Assembly (NCBI RefSeq): GCF_009914755.1
Contig: NC_060947.1
DNA from: the human T2T-CHM13v2.0 reference genome, Homo sapiens
DNA: 64,000 bases
Reading direction: 5' to 3' (one strand)
This document shows, in pieces, positions 58,564 through 64,000 of the stretch (positions are counted from its first letter, which is position 1; each line of letters starts with the position of its first letter). A model generated the notes under the pieces. The model was given only the letters and a program-made list of their open reading frames with translations. It searched no databases and was not told where the DNA came from. Made by a program: the position numbers and the translations under genes.

Positions 58564-60789
58564 TCATAAAATCTCCATTTTATAATGGAGAATAGAAGAA
58601 ATTTTAAATTGGGTATATCAAGTTCTCTGATTGTCTACCAGGTTAAAACAGTTATTTTCTTTTGGCCTTATCTCTTTAGATATATATGCAGTTCTATTCA
58701 AAACTTCAAATCCCACTCTGAATCTTTGCACTGTATGATGTCAGCCACCTAATCTTTCAGACTCTGCTCTTTCTCTTAAGTGATGCTGTAAGTTCTATAA
58801 ATATTTGGTGCATTGAAACCAAAAACGTGTCCAAAATCAGACCCTACTAACTTGGGAATTTTCATTCTCACAACTCCTTCTCTTAACTCAAATCAATCCC
58901 TTTCATATTCCAATTTCTTATTTTTTGTCAGGAAGGAGCTATTGATATTAACTCCTATCTGTACTTTCCTATACCCAGAGGGAGAAGAGAAAAAAAAAAA
59001 AAAAAGCAAGTGAGGCGATAACTCCAATAACAAACATTCCCGTGTCAACAACACTTTTTTTCACTTTTCCACTAGTTGTGCTTCTTTGGCTACAAGGTCC
59101 GCTCTATGTATTAATTCTGGAAGTATATCTGATAATATTAAGAACATTTATATTCCCCTTGAAAAAGCCTCCAAAGAAAAGACCCTAATAACTTCTGAAC
59201 TTAATAACAAAAATTATATTTGAAAATGATACATTACAACAACTTTTGAATAAATATACTTCCTCTACATTTTTTGCCAACCTAGTATAACAAATATAAA
59301 AATTTAGTCTTACACATAGACTTTTTAAAAATGTTCTCTAGTAACTAAAATAGCTGACATTTGTCTGGGGCCAAGATTACTTTCTGCCAGTTTACTCTCA
59401 CCCTTTGGGATACTAGTATAAAAGGTCTTCCTATTTATCATGGTGGCTGATCCAGGCTGTTTCATCTCAGGAAACATCACAGTGGCTGCTCTACTTAACA
59501 GTCTGCAGTTGCTGAGGAATTTTGCATTAATTACTTCAAAGGAGAGTTTCTATTGTTTCTACAGAGAAGACACTAGAACAAGGAAGAGAAGAAAAAGACC
59601 TCAAAGCTTTACCCTGACATTTATCAAATATCACCTCTCCCCTCACCCTTCATTCCTATTCAGAAATAATTCACTTTTTAGTTGATCTTTGCCAGTATCC
59701 TCAAAATATATGCTATTTAGAAAAATTTGAATGCAAGGCTTAACTGATTTATTAGCTATCAGCTAAAACTTCGGTTGTTCTAACAACAGTTACCAATTTG
59801 CACCCGTAACAACTCAATTAGATTGCCAAGAAAGCCCTTTTAAACAAATAGTTTGTTTCTCTGAGGAAACATAAATTAGCCAGGCAGAAATTTTAGAGAT
59901 GAACTTTCATTGAGTCCTAACTCTAAACTTCATGGAAGATATATGATGGTATTTGAAATGTTGACAAATTTTAGTATTTCACATATATTAAAATTAAAAT
60001 ATAATTTAAAAAAATTATTCAAACTCCAAATAGATTTTACTTTTCAATTATTCGCTCCTTTACTTTTGTTTAATGTGAATCCTCTTCTACTAAAGTGAAA
60101 AGTTGAGAGCCACCTAGATATCTCATGACTGGCTTTTCTATCTTATCTATACTGTGGAATTTTTGTTTTTCACAAGAGATTATTTTTCTAAAGATCTTTT
60201 CAAAAATTATTGTGTGTAGAGTTATTTGATATATATTTAAAATATTTCATATGTACAGTTTCAAAGATTTTTACAATTTGAGAAATCATCACTACTATCA
60301 GAAGAGTGAACATATACACCACCTCCAAAAGTTTCCTCATAGCCCTTTGTAATCCCTCTCCAGCCTTGCACACATACACTCCCCAAGCAACAATGAATGT
60401 ACTTTATGTTATTTTAGATTAGTTTGAGTTTTCTAGATGTTTATGTTAATGGAATTAAATAATATGTACTCCTTATTTTCAGGCTTCATTCATTCAGGAT
60501 AGTTATTTTTATATTCATCCACATTATTGGCAATTTATTTCTCTTTATGGCTGAGTATTATTCCAACCTATGAATAAACAAATTGACCACAATTTGTTTA
60601 TCTATTCATCCCTTGAGAGACAATTAAATTATTTCTAGTTTTTGGCTTTTACATACAAAAGTGCTATGAATATTCATGTACATGTATTTGTATGGACAAT
60701 ATTTCATTTTTCCTTAGATAAATATCTAGGAGTAGAATAGCTGGATCAGATGTTAGCTATGTGTTTAAATTTATAAGAAATTGTGAAAC

Positions 60790-61415
60790 TGTCAGAGGTG
60801 TTTGAACCAGAATGACTCCATCTTGAATAGGCGCTGGGTGAAATAAGGCTGAGACCTACTGGGCTGCATTCTCAAGAGGTTAGGCATTCTAATCACAGGA
60901 TGACACAGGAGGTCAGCACAAGATACAGGTCACGAAGTCCCTGTTGATAAAACAGGTTGCCATGAAGAAGCTGGCCAAAACCCATGAATATCAAGAAAGG
61001 TACGAAAGTCTGGTCATCCTCACTGCTCATTATATGCTAATTATAATGCATTAGCATGCCAAAAGACTTCCACTAGCACCACGACAGTTCACAGAAGTCA
61101 TGGGAACACCAGGAAGTTATCCTATATGGTCTAAAAGGGGGAGGAACCCTCAGTTCTGGGAATTGTTCACACCTTTCTTGGATAACTCATGAATAATCCA
61201 TCCTTTATTTAGTATATAATCAAGAAATAACTATAAGTATACTCAGTTGAGCAGCCCATGCTGCTGCTCAGCCTATGCAGTAACCATTCGTTCATTCCTT
61301 TGCTTCCTTAATAAACTTTTTTTTTATTTACTCTATAGACTCACCCCAAATTCTTTCTTGAGCAAGGTCCAAGAGGCTTCTTTTGGATCAGGATCAGGAC
61401 CTGTTTCTGGTAACA
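60790..61415 (+). mobile_element. MER41B solo LTR
   Basis: TGTCAGAGGTGTTTGAACCAGA..TCTGGTAACA with 4-bp TSD aaac. GAS TTCTGGGAA at 61154-61162. Confidence 0.9.
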
Positions 61416-61946
61416 AAACTATTTTCCAAAAAGGTTGTCCCATTTTACATTCTGACTAGCAGTATTTTAGAGTTCCAGTTTCTGCACACATCTTTAACAA
61501 TACTTGGTATGGTCAGTCTTTTTCAATGTTAGCTATTCTAGTAAGTTTGCAGTGTTGTCATTGCAGTTGAATTTGTATTTTCACTATGCCTAATGATGTT
61601 GAATACCTTTTTAGGTGCTTGTTTGCCATTTATGTATTTTTCTTGTTTCAAATATTTTCTGACTTTTACTAGGTTGTTTGTTTTCTTATTGATAAGTTTT
61701 TTACTTTTCTCTGTATAATCTGGATACAAGTCCTTCATCAATTATATAATTTTCAAAGATCTTTTCTTAGTCTGTGGCTTTTGCTTTAATTTTCTTGTGT
61801 CTTTCAAAAAGCAACAATTTTAAATTCTGATAAAGTCAAGCATATTAATTTTTGTTTTATATATTGTATTTTTTCTGTTGAATCAAAAATATTTTTCTAA
61901 CACAATGTTACAAAGATTTTTTTTTCTTCTAAAGTTTTCTAGTTTT

Positions 61947-62247
61947 GGCCAGGTGCAGTGGCTCACGCCTGTAATCCCAGCACTTTGGGAGGCTGAGACT
62001 AGCGGATCACGAGGTCAGGAGATCGAGACCATCCTGGCTAACACGGTGAAACCCCGTCTCTAATAAAAAAAAATACAAAAAAATTAGCCGGGCTTAGTGG
62101 CAGGCTCCTGTAGTCCCAGCTACTCAGGAGGCTGAGGCGGGAGAATGGCGTGAACACGGGAGGCAGAGCTTGTAGCGAGCCGAGATCGCGCCACTGCACT
62201 CCAGCCTGGGCGACAGACCAAGACTCCGTCTCAAAAAAAAAAAAAAA
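61947..62247 (+). mobile_element. AluY
   Basis: Y-type motifs and TSD aaagttttctagtttt. Confidence 0.95.
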
Positions 62248-62344
62248 AAAGTTTTCTAGTTTTAGGATTTACATTTAGGTCTGTAATCTGTTTTAGAAGA
62301 ATTTTTGTATATGGTATGAGGGTGGATCAAAGTTTATAATATTT

Positions 62345-62650
62345 GCCAATGACAGGATCTCATTCTTTTTTATGGCTGAATAGTACTTTATAAGACCTAA
62401 TATCTATAAGACCTACTATATGATAGCACAACAGGGTGACTATAGTCAATGAAAATTTAATTGTACATTTTTAAACAACTAAAATAATATAATTGGATTG
62501 TTTGTAACACAAAGAATGAATGCTTGAGGGGATTGATACCTCATTTTCCATGATGTGAATACCATACATTGCTTGCATGTATCAAAATACCTCATGTACA
62601 CCATAAATATATATACCTACTATGTACCCACAAAAACTAAATTTTTTTAA
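62345..62650 (+). mobile_element. Short 5'-inverted L1MA 3' end
   Basis: About 45 nt of antisense L1 followed by a sense L1MA 3' UTR. 16-bp TSD aaagtttataatattt. Confidence 0.8.
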
Positions 62651-63076
62651 AAAGTTTATAATATTTACATAGATATATCCAATTACTCCATCCTTATTTG
62701 TTTACAAAACTGTTTCCTCCATTTAATGGTTAATTGCCATTAAATCTTTGTAAAAATCAGTTGTCTCTGTAGGTGTGGGTTCATTTCTAGACTTTTTTTT
62801 ATTCCATGGATCTATTTCTCTGTCATTAGGTTAATCCCATACACTTTTGCTAACTGTAGCTTTATAATAATTATTGAAATTAAGTAGATTTAGCTCTCCA
62901 ACTTTGTTCTTTTTCAAAATTTATTTAATTATTGTAGGGGCTTTACATTTCCATGTAAATTGTATAATCAGTTTGTTGATTTCTATAAAAACACTTCAGA
63001 AATTTAACTTGGATTGCATTGAAGTTATACATAAATTTAAAAAGAAATGACACCTTAACAGTATTAAAACATCTGA

Positions 63077-63449
<373 letters not shown>

Positions 63450-64000
63450 CATAGTTTGGTAGTTTTAAAAGTATATGTCTCTCACATATTTCATCAGATT
63501 TACTTTTAAGTATTTTTATTTTTGATTCCATTATGAATAGTAATTTTTAAAATTTCAATATCCCATTTTCATTGTTAGTATACTCAAATACAATTTAATG
63601 TATACCAAATTTGCACCCTGCAACCTTGCTAAACACACAAATTAGTATATTCCTTTAGATTTGTAAAATATATGATCATGTTGTCTGAGAAAAAAAGAGT
63701 TTTACTTCTTCCTTCCAAATATAGGTGTCTTTTATTTCCGTGTCTTGTTATATGCCACTGGCCAAATCTCTAATTTAATGCTGAATTGAAGTGCAAAGAG
63801 CAAATCTTTCTGTATTTTTTTCTAATCTTAAGGAGAACCATTGAGTCTTTCATGGTCAAATATGATATTAGTTGCATGTTTTTCTTAGATGCCCATCATT
63901 AGGTTAAGGAAGTTTCCTTTCTTGAACATTAGTTCAAGTTTCCTTGAACATTAGTTCAAGAAGTTTCCTTCTGTTCCTAGTTTGCTGAGAGAATTTTCAT

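Overview
This is eukaryotic, primate (almost certainly human) genomic DNA, not microbial. It holds one intact protein-coding gene, the single-coding-exon spindlin SPIN4 (minus strand, 23339-24088; human Xq11), with a CpG-island promoter and a long 3' UTR made largely of antisense ancient L1. Most of the rest is transposon-derived: two full-length dead L1PA elements, a near-full-length older L1MA/L1PB host carrying nested insertions, a deleted HERV-K(HML-5/HERVK22) provirus with both LTRs and a tRNA-Met PBS, ERVL/MLT2, THE1, MLT1, MER31-like and two MER41B LTRs, about 16 Alus or Alu fragments, DNA-transposon relics and microsatellites. I see no convincing new multi-gene system. The most interesting signals are structural: a clear L1 3' transduction (46496-47068), a second poly(A)-tailed orphan segment (10651-11575), templated insertions inside an L1, an MLT2 LTR and a MER41B LTR, splice signals for an antisense transcript whose intron would contain the SPIN4 CDS and promoter, an open L1 ORF0/antisense promoter facing SPIN4, and MER41B GAS (STAT1) motifs. 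Repeat subfamily names come from recalled consensus sequences read by eye and need RepeatMasker/Dfam confirmation.
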